A stretch of DNA of 64,000 nucleotides from a virus: the IMG/VR virus record IMGVR_UViG_3300030616_000250, positions 1-64,000 of that record; one strand, written 5' to 3'. Within the stretch, counting starts at the first letter, position 1, and every line of letters starts with the position of its first letter. Under the pieces are notes generated by a model, which was not told the DNA's origin, did no database searches, and worked only from the letters and a program-made list of their open reading frames with translations. The position numbers and the translations under genes were made by a program. Below are positions 18,837 to 28,486 of the stretch, piece by piece.

Positions 18837-19432
18837 CTTGCCCGCTCGAACAAAAACCAAGATACCAAAAAGACACAAACGTAAAACAGCACAAAATAAC
18901 CAAAGAGTACAAGTCTATTGACAAGATACTGAGCCTTATACCGAATGGTCACGTTTTAGATATAGCTGGGGCTGAAGGATTTATAGCCTATTTAGCAGCT
19001 TTGTGTGGTCATTCTGCGGTTAATGTTGAAATAGACAAAGGTAGGGTTTTGAGAGGGTTAAAATATTTTGGTACTCATGCAAACCTTACAATATTAGAAA
19101 AAGATATTTTTGACGAACTTGACATGCTCGATTATTTTAATATCTTCATAGTAGCCCGCTTCTTCCACAATATAGGCATGAAAAAGTCTATTGAATTAAT
19201 GGATGCCATAGACAAGAAAGAAGATTACATCCTTATCGTAAAATACAAGCCCGGATTAAAGAAAGAAACAGGAGCACCGAGGGAACCGCTTGCCACTAAA
19301 AGAGGCATAAAAAGCCTTTTGGAACAGTACAATCTAAAGAAAAAATCATTTCCGCAGGAGGTCATAGTAGCTGCCAAAGGGAAATATGAGGGAATACCTG
19401 ATATGTTACGTAAACATTTGCCGGAGGGATAG
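18833..19432 (+). CDS. Class I SAM-dependent methyltransferase
   Basis: VLDIAGAEG, VEID, ARFFH. Confidence 0.7.
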   Translation: MTCPLEQKPRYQKDTNVKQHKITKEYKSIDKILSLIPNGHVLDIAGAEGFIAYLAALCGHSAVNVEIDKGRVLRGLKYFGTHANLTILEKDIFDELDMLDYFNIFIVARFFHNIGMKKSIELMDAIDKKEDYILIVKYKPGLKKETGAPREPLATKRGIKSLLEQYNLKKKSFPQEVIVAAKGKYEGIPDMLRKHLPEG

Positions 19433-19574
19433 ATGGAAAAATTAGATTATGAATCTATTGATGGGTATGATTTTAATACATTTAAGGAATTAGCTGCAAA
19501 AATCAACGAAATTATAGATGAGCTTACAAGGGTTAAGGCATTAAATGGAATAGATGTTGATGAATATGTAAAGG

Positions 19575-20297
19575 ATGATGATGATATCAGTCATAATGAC
19601 AGCCTATAACTCTCAGCGTTACATCCGTAATGCCATAGAAAGCATTGTAAACCAGACGTACACGGATTGGGAGCTTATCATAGTGGATGACGCAAGTACG
19701 GATAAGACGGTAGAAATAGCAAGTAGTCTTTTTAAATATGAAGATGATATTGAGATAATTAAAAATAAAGTTAATATTGGACACACCAAAAGTCTTAACA
19801 AAGCCTTGTTTGCATGTGACGGCGACTACATAGCCTGGATGGATTCGGATGACATATCACACCCAAAAAGATTTGAAAAGCAGGTAAACTTCCTTAAAAA
19901 GCGTCCTTCATACGGATTTGTTACCACTCATGGCATTGCAATAAATGAAGACGGAAATCGCATAAAGAATTTCTACACCGATCAGGCACAACGGAACAAG
20001 AAAACCACCATAACCGATAAGTTCAAAGACGATTGCTGGCTATTACTCCCTTCTATGATGTTCCGTAGAAGTGTAATTGATAAGATAGGCGGGTTTGACG
20101 AAAAATGCTATTACGCTCAGGACTTCAACTTCGTTTATAGAATGCTCATGGCAAAGTACAATTTTGACATAATACCCGAAGAACTGTTTAAGTTCAGGAG
20201 ACACAAGGATAGCGTCAGATCGCTTGGCGCTTTCAATGATAGAAATTGGCACAGATACGCAATCAAACGGGCAAAGGAGAATCCAATAATAAAATGA
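19575..20297 (+). CDS. Glycosyltransferase family 2
   Basis: ISVIMTAYN, ELIIVDDASTD, YIAWMDSDD, IGGFDE...AQD. Confidence 0.95.
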   Translation: MMMISVIMTAYNSQRYIRNAIESIVNQTYTDWELIIVDDASTDKTVEIASSLFKYEDDIEIIKNKVNIGHTKSLNKALFACDGDYIAWMDSDDISHPKRFEKQVNFLKKRPSYGFVTTHGIAINEDGNRIKNFYTDQAQRNKKTTITDKFKDDCWLLLPSMMFRRSVIDKIGGFDEKCYYAQDFNFVYRMLMAKYNFDIIPEELFKFRRHKDSVRSLGAFNDRNWHRYAIKRAKENPIIK

Positions 20298-20821
20298 TAC
20301 TCATATCCAACCACTTACTCAAAACATTACCATTGGTCAGATTCCCCAAAGATACTATCATCCGAATCAATATCGCGTGGGTCAAAGACACAGAAGAACT
20401 AAGGCGTTTCCTTGCCATAGACTATGATATTATGGTAGATTTTCCCGAAGGACGCACGAAGCCGCCAAAGCCGAATATAACCTATTTCCAGACTCTTGAT
20501 ATAGTCAATACGTTTGAGAATGTAAAATACTTTGCAGTATCTAACATTGAATCAGGGAACACCGCAGGACTGTATAGAAAGTCTATGGGTAGAATAAGCT
20601 TTGTGCCCAAAATAGAAACCGTTAAGGGCGCGGATAACATAACAGACATAATTGAACAGTCAAGACCCGAATACGTTATGATAGACACGGAAGACCTGTT
20701 TCTTGATGTCAAAGGAAATGTTACCGAATACCAACTCAAATACAATTACATAATTAGCCAGTGTAATTTTAAAAAGGTGAAAGTATTAAAAATACAGGGA
20801 GTTATCTTTGGAGAGGCATGA
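20294..20821 (+). CDS. Short pyruvate-kinase/HpcH-like barrel protein
   Basis: RINIAW, D..GRTK, PKIET..G, MIDTEDL; ATGA overlap at 20294. Confidence 0.6.
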   Translation: MILISNHLLKTLPLVRFPKDTIIRINIAWVKDTEELRRFLAIDYDIMVDFPEGRTKPPKPNITYFQTLDIVNTFENVKYFAVSNIESGNTAGLYRKSMGRISFVPKIETVKGADNITDIIEQSRPEYVMIDTEDLFLDVKGNVTEYQLKYNYIISQCNFKKVKVLKIQGVIFGEA

Positions 20822-21158
20822 TTGTTTCATAGGCAGATGGGTCACGTTTCACTTGGGGCACGAGGCCATAATTAAAAAAGTATATGAGAAAAATAAGCGT
20901 CCCATACTCGTTCTTGTGATGGACACAATAGAAATACCATTGCCGTATAAAAGGATGATGATTATACATAACAGGTTAAACACTCTCAAAATACCCCATG
21001 CTGTGAGAGTGATACCACCGATAGCAAGCTTTAACTATGGACGTAGGGTAGGATACGATATAAACTATGTTGAGGTGGACAAGGAAACGCAAAAGATATC
21101 AGGAACGGAGATAAGGAAAAATGGCACGGTTGATAATTTTCTTCCCGACATGGAATGA
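20808..21158 (+). CDS. HxGH nucleotidyltransferase (cytidylyltransferase-like)
   Basis: IGRWVTFHLGH, YGRRVGY, ISGTEIR. Confidence 0.75.
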   Translation: MERHDCFIGRWVTFHLGHEAIIKKVYEKNKRPILVLVMDTIEIPLPYKRMMIIHNRLNTLKIPHAVRVIPPIASFNYGRRVGYDINYVEVDKETQKISGTEIRKNGTVDNFLPDME

Positions 21159-21888
21159 TAGGGACTGGCTCGAAGCCCAGATAAAACAGATAGAATACTG
21201 GAACCCTGACAAATTGTATTTTTGCGAGGGAGCGTGGGATTCCCGGTTTCCTGCACGGTCTACTGATGGGACGTGGGAATACATTATGGACTACAAAAAT
21301 AAAAGAGAGAAAACCTATGTAGTAGAGAACATCCGTGACCAGGACTATCGCATGAATCAGGCTATGACATGCAATCTCATACTCGAACTATCCAGAGCCG
21401 AACCGGGAGACTGGATTATGTATCAAGCCTGTGATTTCTTTCTCCTCAAAAGCCACATAGACCGATACAAAAAACTTATGGCTGAGAGCAATATGGACTA
21501 TCCAATACATGAAATATGGAACTTCTGGGATACCCCACACAAATATTATCCACGATGGAACGACCAGTCACCTAACCTACCGTATAGAATCGTAAAGGGT
21601 ATGAAGTTTATACCCACCTGTCATCCGGCAATAGGTGGAAAGATATACAAAGACCATCCAACACCCACCGGATTAAAAATAGACAATATGGTTGGATTCC
21701 ATTATGAGGGTTTCCGCAATGATGAGCGGATAAAAGATAAGTATGCGGTAGGAGACAGGCAATCTCCTGTAGTATGGAAAGACGGTATTAAGCTGAAAAA
21801 GCGTGTTGATAGAATCGGGGTACATCCCGAATTCGCAATTGACGTACTTAAAGAGAAGGGATGGGATTTATCGAACGCTGGGAATTAG
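21121..21888 (+). CDS. GT-A fold (GT2-like) glycosyltransferase
   Basis: PTWND, EGAW...STDGT, DWIMYQACD, FHY. Confidence 0.6.
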   Translation: MARLIIFFPTWNDRDWLEAQIKQIEYWNPDKLYFCEGAWDSRFPARSTDGTWEYIMDYKNKREKTYVVENIRDQDYRMNQAMTCNLILELSRAEPGDWIMYQACDFFLLKSHIDRYKKLMAESNMDYPIHEIWNFWDTPHKYYPRWNDQSPNLPYRIVKGMKFIPTCHPAIGGKIYKDHPTPTGLKIDNMVGFHYEGFRNDERIKDKYAVGDRQSPVVWKDGIKLKKRVDRIGVHPEFAIDVLKEKGWDLSNAGN

Positions 21889-22406
21889 TAGAGATACTCA
21901 TACGGGATAGCCTCAAAAAAGAGATGGGTGCTGAAATAGGTGTGTGGCGCGGTAAAACCACTCACCACATCCTAAAGCAATTGCCGCAGCTACATCTTAT
22001 CTGTGTAGACCCGTATAAAGTATATGACCATTTTAAAAATCATCACGATATGGGAAAGTATGAATCACAGGTAGAATTCTCAGCACTGGCAGAAAGCTTA
22101 AAATACGACCTGATTAAAAAGTATGGAAAAAGGGTTATTTGGTATCAGAAGGAGAGTCTTGAGGTTGCGCCATTGATAAAAGACGGCTCACTCGACTTTG
22201 TATTTGTTGACGCAAATTACGGCTATAAATATGTGAAAGAAGACATACTGGCATGGTTGCCGAAAATACGCAGTGGTGGTATAATGATAGGACACAACAT
22301 AACAAGCAAAAAGGATAACACCGGAAGCGTTAAACAGGCAGTAGAGGAAACAATTGGCAAGGACTATAGAGTAAGAGAGGGAAGATGGTATTACGTCTTG
22401 GCATAG
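21861..22406 (+). CDS. SAM methyltransferase (Methyltransf_24-like)
   Basis: GAEIGVWRG, VDPY, LDFVFVDA, WLPKIRSGGIMIGH. Confidence 0.88.
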   Translation: MGFIERWELVEILIRDSLKKEMGAEIGVWRGKTTHHILKQLPQLHLICVDPYKVYDHFKNHHDMGKYESQVEFSALAESLKYDLIKKYGKRVIWYQKESLEVAPLIKDGSLDFVFVDANYGYKYVKEDILAWLPKIRSGGIMIGHNITSKKDNTGSVKQAVEETIGKDYRVREGRWYYVLA

Positions 22407-23098
22407 GATTCGTAACATGTGGTAGAATAGCATTTACCCGGCAAGTGGTTGAGTCGATATTCAAGTATAATCCTGTGGTTAGGAGATACCCTTGGATAAT
22501 AGCCGATGATAACTCAGAACCGTGTATGAGAAACTATTTTGATTCTCTTGACTTGGGTATGACCTATTTGTGGCACGAAAAACGTAAGGGGATTAATGCC
22601 AATTTAAAGCAGATGTTTGATGAGGCGCGGGGCAAATTTGACCTTCTTCTTATATTTGTGAATGACTTTGTATGTCTCAGGGAAGTGGATATTGGTGCAA
22701 TGATAGAGTTTTTTGCAGATACTCCCGAAGCCGGGCAGGTGCAGATGTTTCATTGGAAAGGTAAAATAGGAGACAAGAAGCGCGAGCGCAGCATGACAAA
22801 TTGGATAACCGGAGACCCTATAAAGGTCTCACAGATACTTCAGGTGGGAAACGAAACATTATTAGAGGCAAATTGGGTATGGACAGACGGTGTTAATTTT
22901 ACAAGAATACTACCGGAAGTGGATTACTTTGAAGGTTCCCTGGGACTTCCGAAAGAGGAAAAATACATTAAAATAGCCGAAATAACCAAAGGCAAAAATT
23001 TTATGGATACCGGCATGAAAATATATGAAATGGCAGATCAGCCGTTTCTTCATCTCGATCATGATGGTAAAAATAAAACAAAGGGGACTATTGCATGA
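22385..23098 (+). CDS. GT-A fold (GT2-like) glycosyltransferase
   Basis: VTCGR, IIADDNS, G.NAN, FVNDF, FLHL. Confidence 0.65.
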   Translation: MVLRLGIGFVTCGRIAFTRQVVESIFKYNPVVRRYPWIIADDNSEPCMRNYFDSLDLGMTYLWHEKRKGINANLKQMFDEARGKFDLLLIFVNDFVCLREVDIGAMIEFFADTPEAGQVQMFHWKGKIGDKKRERSMTNWITGDPIKVSQILQVGNETLLEANWVWTDGVNFTRILPEVDYFEGSLGLPKEEKYIKIAEITKGKNFMDTGMKIYEMADQPFLHLDHDGKNKTKGTIA

Positions 23099-23102
23099 AA
23101 AA

Positions 23103-23159
23103 TTTTAACGTACGCCAAAAGGCTGAACGTCTAAAGATTTTAGCCTTTGGCAGTTGGGC
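23103..23159 (-). other. attC-like site of cassette 1 (57 bp)
   Basis: Minus strand GCCCAAC-TGCCAAAGGCT...AGCC(T)TTTGGC-GTAC-GTTAAAA with one unpaired base. Confidence 0.75.
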
Positions 23160-23869
23160 GAAGGTTTTTCTTTTAATTAAGAAAGGTGCGACATGCTCTT
23201 TAAGTGATTTACCTCTTTTATTTAAGCATAACGAGAAACAAGATAATCAAAGCTCCAATAGTAAAATAAAAAGAAATGCGCTCACGGAATATGCTCGAAA
23301 CATAATAGTCATCAATATCTTCATAATATTGGGTGTTTTGTTTCTTGTGTTCGGGATCATTAGCCATATCTTTGGTAGTAGAATCTTCGAAATATTTAGC
23401 TCGTTTTGAGTCAAGATTTCTATGTGAATAAATGTTCTTTGAAATAAGGGGAGAAGGGAAATAAAAGGTTTTATAATAGTTTAAGTGCTATTAAAAGCAT
23501 GATAAGGGCAATTATAAATTTACTATCTATCCATAGTAACATAATAAAACCCCCCATGCAACACCTTGATTTCCAGCTATTCCGTTTACCCTTTGTTTAA
23601 TTAAACGCTCGGTTGCCGTAATTGGTGATTAAACCAATTAATCGGCTGGTGGGTTTTGGTATATAGTCACCCCTGCGTTTACCAAATCAAACAAAGGCGC
23701 GCCCCCTTCTCATAAGCCAAGAAATAATCTTGGTCATAACTAACCTCCTTTTGGGAAGTTGAGGAGGGGGATTCCTCCCCGTTATTTCAAAGAGCTATGT
23801 ATTAATCTTTAACAAAGGCTTTTCTCTTATGTCGCACAAGAAAAGAATCAGAGAACGAATTGAAACCAA
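23109..23869 (-). mobile_element. Reverse-oriented integron-type cassette 1 inserted in 52-bp site A
   Basis: Bounded by attC-like 23103-23159 and site A; deleting it restores a perfect TTTTAAC/GTTAAAA pair. Confidence 0.72.
23218..23542 (-). pseudogene. Frameshifted two-TM membrane protein gene (cargo of cassette 1)
   Basis: MLLWIDSKFIIALIMLLIAL.. stops at 23471; adjacent frame continues NYYKTFYFPSP...RISFYFTIGALIILFLVMLK; removing one A at CTTAAAC joins them. Confidence 0.5.
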
Positions 23870-23915
23870 CGAAACAAACGGTGGAAGTTTTAATTTCCAC
23901 CTTTGGGAGTTAAAA
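23864..23915. repeat. 52-bp attC-like target site A (occupied)
   Basis: AACCAAC GAAAC AAACGGTG GAAGTTTTAATTTC CACCTTT GGGA GTTAAAA. Confidence 0.8.
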
Positions 23916-24865
23916 TGAAAATACTTGTAACAGGCTGTGCAGGCTTTATCGGAACCAATCTATGTAAAAGACTCGTTGAACACGGGCACGAGGTAATAGG
24001 AATAGACAATTTCAGCTATGGTTATACTTCAAACATGAAAGACATAGGCTTTGGCAATTATTATGCCTCAGACGTGCGGTACTTTAACGGAGACAACTTT
24101 GGTGACATTGACGTTATTTATCATCAGGCAAACCTTAGAAAGAATATATCCTCAAACAAGCCCGACGAAGACATAGACATCACAATCCGGGGAACGTGCA
24201 ATCTATTACAATATGCCATCAAAAACAATGTGAAAAAGTTTATATATGCCTCATCTTCCCTTGCATACGGCAAATCCGATCCCGTTGTTACAGAAGAGAG
24301 CCCGCTATGTCCTATTTGTATCTATGGAATATCAAAAGTAGCTGCTGAAAAGCTCGTTAAATACTATCACGGAACCAACGGACTCGAAACGACAATCCTT
24401 CGGTATTTTCAGGGTTACGGGCAGTATCAGGACAGCCAAAGGGGAGCCGCAATAATACCGAAGACTATTCGGAATATGTTTGAAAACAACCCTATTATCA
24501 TAAATGGTGATGGCTCACAGACCCGTTCATTCACTTGGATAGAAGATATTATAGACGTGCTTATGATGCCATTGTTCGATAGCAAAATGTCCGGTGAGAC
24601 TTATAACGTAACAGCGGGGAAAGAGTATTCTATAATTGAAATAATTGATTTAATAATGAACTGCTATTGTGAATTATACCCTGAGAAGAAAGTAAACAGG
24701 ACTGACAGACTATGTTACAGAGCCGCCCTCCCGGATGACATAAAGCACCTTGCGGGAAACAATGACAAGATAAGAGACCTTGGTGTTAAATTCAATATGG
24801 ATATTCACGAAAACATAAAGGAAACGATAAGATTTTATGAACGTTACCATACTCAGTCATTATAG
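23915..24865 (+). CDS. NAD-dependent nucleotide-sugar epimerase/dehydratase (extended SDR)
   Basis: VTGCAGFIG, YASSS, YGISK (YxxxK), GDGSQTRSF. Confidence 0.93.
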   Translation: MKILVTGCAGFIGTNLCKRLVEHGHEVIGIDNFSYGYTSNMKDIGFGNYYASDVRYFNGDNFGDIDVIYHQANLRKNISSNKPDEDIDITIRGTCNLLQYAIKNNVKKFIYASSSLAYGKSDPVVTEESPLCPICIYGISKVAAEKLVKYYHGTNGLETTILRYFQGYGQYQDSQRGAAIIPKTIRNMFENNPIIINGDGSQTRSFTWIEDIIDVLMMPLFDSKMSGETYNVTAGKEYSIIEIIDLIMNCYCELYPEKKVNRTDRLCYRAALPDDIKHLAGNNDKIRDLGVKFNMDIHENIKETIRFYERYHTQSL

Positions 24866-25490
24866 AAGCGGTATCTACTGGCTGATAGAGATACTGAAGC
24901 GGAACATACCGAAGTTTCACTTGTACCCTGAGAACAACTTTGCGCACCTTGAGGTAACGAGAAACCCCAATGTGCCAAAGGCTATTCTATTGGTAAGAGA
25001 CCCCAGGGATTGCTTTGTGTCGTCTTATTCCTGCAATGTACAGAGGGCTGCGAATGACAAGGCATGGGCAGAGGGTAGAAAATGGGAGGGCAGGAGTTTT
25101 AAGGACACGCTCACATGGGAATACAGGGAAGTGCTTAACCGAAATAAAGAGGTCATATTAAAGCTTAATCCCGTTGAATACTGGGTAAAATATTACACTG
25201 ACTGGCTCGCTGAAAAGACCCCAAAGATAATGGTAAGATATGAAGATTTACACAATAATCAGGAATTTGAAATAAAGAGAATTCGCAGCTTTTACGGATT
25301 TGACCCTGACAAAAGAGTAGAGGCGTTGGATAGAACAAAGTCGTATAGCTTTGAATACAAACCTACAGATACCTATACACCAAGAACACCGGGTAACTGG
25401 AAAAAGGTATTCGATCACGAAGACAATGAGTATGTATGGAAAATGGCAGGTAAACTTATGAGGGAGTTTGGTTATGAGAGAAATGGATAA
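24837..25490 (+). CDS. Sulfotransferase (Sulfotransfer_1-like)
   Basis: SHYRSGIYW, LVRDPRDCFVS, RYEDL, GNWK. Confidence 0.88.
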   Translation: MNVTILSHYRSGIYWLIEILKRNIPKFHLYPENNFAHLEVTRNPNVPKAILLVRDPRDCFVSSYSCNVQRAANDKAWAEGRKWEGRSFKDTLTWEYREVLNRNKEVILKLNPVEYWVKYYTDWLAEKTPKIMVRYEDLHNNQEFEIKRIRSFYGFDPDKRVEALDRTKSYSFEYKPTDTYTPRTPGNWKKVFDHEDNEYVWKMAGKLMREFGYERNG

Positions 25491-26067
25491 CAGGGATATA
25501 CCGTGGAAAGTAACAGTACCCACAGACGAAAACACCAAACTGTTAAGAAGCACCATTGATTATATTGCCAAGTTGTATCCACCGCCTTTGAAAGTTTTTG
25601 ACGTTGGAGCAAAAGAGGGCTATTCCGTAAACTATATGAAGAGTCTGGGATATGACGTGTTGGGAACCGATATAAGGGAAAACTTTATAGAATACGCCCA
25701 AAGTCGCGGATGGAATGTTATTTTTGACGATATTATAGATACTAAAATAAAAGACAGGTTTGATATTGTGTTTATGAGGCATTGCCTGGAGCATGTAAGG
25801 CACGAGCGCAAGATGTTTAAAAATGGCGTGTCCCTGTTAAAAAAGGGTGGTGTTATAATAATTCAGGTTCCCATAGAGACCAAGAGCCAGTATGAAGCAC
25901 ACAAAAGAAAAAAGCACCTCACCTATTTCCCCTCATTCAACTTTTTCAAAGACAACTTCCTGAAATCACAGAAAGGCGTTGAGACTGTGGTATTGGATAT
26001 GGCAAGCACTTTGGGAATAGAAACAGCGGGATTAAAGGATATTTTCTATATAGGCAAAAAATTATGA
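25483..26067 (+). CDS. Class I SAM methyltransferase (Methyltransf_11/23-like)
   Basis: VFDVGAKEG, GTDI, FDIVFMRHCLEHV, LKKGG...VP. Confidence 0.88.
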   Translation: MDNRDIPWKVTVPTDENTKLLRSTIDYIAKLYPPPLKVFDVGAKEGYSVNYMKSLGYDVLGTDIRENFIEYAQSRGWNVIFDDIIDTKIKDRFDIVFMRHCLEHVRHERKMFKNGVSLLKKGGVIIIQVPIETKSQYEAHKRKKHLTYFPSFNFFKDNFLKSQKGVETVVLDMASTLGIETAGLKDIFYIGKKL

Positions 26068-26639
26068 AAAATGAGTATCGAAACAAACTCTATGAAAAAC
26101 ACCGGGAACCGTCATGGGACAAAGCTCACGGATGTTTCACCGTAGCCAGACTGGTCAAAGCGTTTAATGCAAAAGTAATAGCTGAAATAGGGGTTTGTGT
26201 GGGAAACACCGCAGTAGAAATATTACACGAAAACAAGCTATTGTATTATTTAATGGTAGATCACTGGAAAGATATTTCAAAATACGAGCTTATACTTAAT
26301 AACTTTTCCTCTACCGGAGTGGAAATAAAACGTTCTGATTCAATGGAAGCCCTGAAATATGTAGATGACGAATCCCTTGATTTTGTGTACATAGACACCA
26401 ATCATTCATATAAGCAGGCAAAGCGTGAGATATTTGGATGGATAAAAAAGGTAAGGCGCGGCGGAGTGCTTGCGGGCGATGGCTATGGATATATCAGGAA
26501 CGGAGACAATGGAGTAAAACGCGCTGTGCATGAAATATTCAGCGCAGATCAAATAAACGTTAATCTTGGCCCGGACTGTGTGTTCTGGGTAATGAGGCCG
26601 TATGATACACGAAACAGCAAGTTTTCACGGAATGCCTAA
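26064..26639 (+). CDS. SAM methyltransferase (Methyltransf_24-like)
   Basis: AEIGVCVG, LDFVYIDTNHSY, VRRGGVLAGD. Confidence 0.88.
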   Translation: MKNEYRNKLYEKHREPSWDKAHGCFTVARLVKAFNAKVIAEIGVCVGNTAVEILHENKLLYYLMVDHWKDISKYELILNNFSSTGVEIKRSDSMEALKYVDDESLDFVYIDTNHSYKQAKREIFGWIKKVRRGGVLAGDGYGYIRNGDNGVKRAVHEIFSADQINVNLGPDCVFWVMRPYDTRNSKFSRNA

Positions 26640-27003
26640 TGTCGGTGAATGTGTAGATATAGGCAAAAATACCAAAATAGGTCACAATGTATTTATAGGA
26701 AACTTTGTTAAGATAGGTGACAATTGTAATATTCAGGGAAATGTTTTTATACCTGAAGGTGTTATAATAAAAAACAATGTGTTTGTCGGGCCTTGTGCGG
26801 TGTTTACCAATACAAGAGACTTTGATAATATCGGCAAGCATAAATTTGATTCGACTATTGTAAAGGATAATGTTATTATAGGAGCAAACGCAACTATTGT
26901 CTGTGGAATAACAATATGGGAAAATGCCAGAATAGCTGCGGGTTCAGTAGTAACAAAAGATGTGGACGAAAACCAAACAGTGAAAGGAAATCCGGCAAGA
27001 TGA
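26602..27003 (+). CDS. Hexapeptide-repeat N-acetyltransferase (WbpD/WlbB-like)
   Basis: IGxNxxIG repeats, GPCAVFTN, IGANATI, AGSVVTKDV...GNPAR. Confidence 0.9.
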   Translation: MIHETASFHGMPNVGECVDIGKNTKIGHNVFIGNFVKIGDNCNIQGNVFIPEGVIIKNNVFVGPCAVFTNTRDFDNIGKHKFDSTIVKDNVIIGANATIVCGITIWENARIAAGSVVTKDVDENQTVKGNPAR

Positions 27004-28046
27004 TAAACGTAGCTTTTGTAGGATGTGGGCGTATAAGCAAAAAACACTATGAAGCGGTGTCGACTAATAAGAATCTTAAACTTGTTGCCGTATGTGATAT
27101 TGTTGAAAAACGTGCAAAAGACATGGCGGAGCAGGCAAAGGTTCCCTATTATCTTGATTATAACGAAATGATGCATAAGGAAAACATTCACGTAGTCTCG
27201 GTAATGACCGAAGCCGGATATCATGCAAAGATAGTAATTGACCTTGCGAAGTTTGGGAAGGTGGTTATAGTAGAGAAGCCGATGGCGCTTAAATTAAGTG
27301 ATGCTGACGAGATGATAAAAGCATGTAAAAATGGCAAAACAGACCTTGTTGTTGTTAAACAGAATCGCTATAATCAAACCGTTATGAAGTTAAAGGATGC
27401 CGTAGAAAGAGGTCGTTTTGGTAAAATGATTCTTGGTACGGTTCGATTGAGATGGAACAGAAGCCAGACATATTTTGATATGGACGATTGGCGGGGTACA
27501 TGGAGTCTTGATGGTGGGGTTTTCGCTTCTCAGGCAAGCCATCATGTAGACCTTTTGCAGTGGATAATGGGGCCTGTTAAAAGTGTTTATGCAAAGACCA
27601 CAAGAAGACTTCTCGACATAGAAGTAGAAGATACCGGAATAGTCATGCTTGAGTTTTATGATGGCTCTCTCGGATTGATAGAAGCAACAAACGCCGCTCA
27701 ACCAAAAAACATAGAAGGCTCGTTAAGCGTTCTCGGACAAGGTGGGACTGTAGTAATCGGTGGAGTAGCGGTAAATAAACTGGAAACTTGGGAGTTCTGG
27801 GAAAAAGAAGAAGATGACGAGAAAATGTTTGATTTCAGTGAAAACCCGTCAAATGTATATGGGTTCGGACACGTTAGACTTTATAATGAAATTGTTGAAA
27901 GGGTTAAACATGACAGGGGGAATCTATTAAGCGGGGAAGAGGGCAGAAAGTCTCTTGAACTTATCAATGCAATCTATGAGAGTGCTGAGACAGGGAAAGA
28001 AGTGAGAATTAAATTTCAACCGGAACATGTGAGGTTGGGAAAATGA
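27000..28046 (+). CDS. Gfo/Idh/MocA oxidoreductase, UDP-sugar 3-dehydrogenase (WbpB/WlbA-like)
   Basis: GCGRIS, VEKPMA, VVKQNRYN, WRGTWSLDGG..QASHHVD, NVYGFGH. Confidence 0.9.
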   Translation: MINVAFVGCGRISKKHYEAVSTNKNLKLVAVCDIVEKRAKDMAEQAKVPYYLDYNEMMHKENIHVVSVMTEAGYHAKIVIDLAKFGKVVIVEKPMALKLSDADEMIKACKNGKTDLVVVKQNRYNQTVMKLKDAVERGRFGKMILGTVRLRWNRSQTYFDMDDWRGTWSLDGGVFASQASHHVDLLQWIMGPVKSVYAKTTRRLLDIEVEDTGIVMLEFYDGSLGLIEATNAAQPKNIEGSLSVLGQGGTVVIGGVAVNKLETWEFWEKEEDDEKMFDFSENPSNVYGFGHVRLYNEIVERVKHDRGNLLSGEEGRKSLELINAIYESAETGKEVRIKFQPEHVRLGK

Positions 28047-28486
28047 TAAGTGGAGATGCGTGGATTGATAACGATGTTAAATTGATAGGAGAACAGGATA
28101 TTTGGCATTATGCACTTATCCGGGGTAATGCTGAAATAGGAAACAATTGCAGCATAGGCAGCTATACTGAAATAGCACATGATGTTATTATAGAGGATAA
28201 TGTTCGCGTTCATTCAAAGGGTTTTATACCTGAGTATACGATTATAAAAAGAGGTGCCTGGATAGGCCCCTGTTGTACTATTGTAAATGATTTACACCCG
28301 CAAACCAACGGAAAATACAGAAAAGGAATAACCATAGGAGAGGGTGCTATTATCGGTGCAAATACTACTCTTATGGCTGACATAGGAAAAAACGCTATTG
28401 TCGGTGCTGGTTCAGTAGTTACTAAACCCGTGCCAGAAGGAGTAATTGTTTATGGAAATCCCGCTATGCGACATAAGGGCAAGTGA
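28043..28486 (+). CDS. Second hexapeptide-repeat acetyltransferase
   Basis: IGNNCSIG, WIGP...ND.HP, IGANTT, GAGSVVTK...YGNPA. Confidence 0.9.
   Translation: MISGDAWIDNDVKLIGEQDIWHYALIRGNAEIGNNCSIGSYTEIAHDVIIEDNVRVHSKGFIPEYTIIKRGAWIGPCCTIVNDLHPQTNGKYRKGITIGEGAIIGANTTLMADIGKNAIVGAGSVVTKPVPEGVIVYGNPAMRHKGK

Noticed and set aside
23095-23409. 104-aa plus-strand ORF as a genuine gene
   Set aside because: It is the bridging ATG reading through the attC into the antisense strand of cassette 1; the minus frame looks more protein-like.
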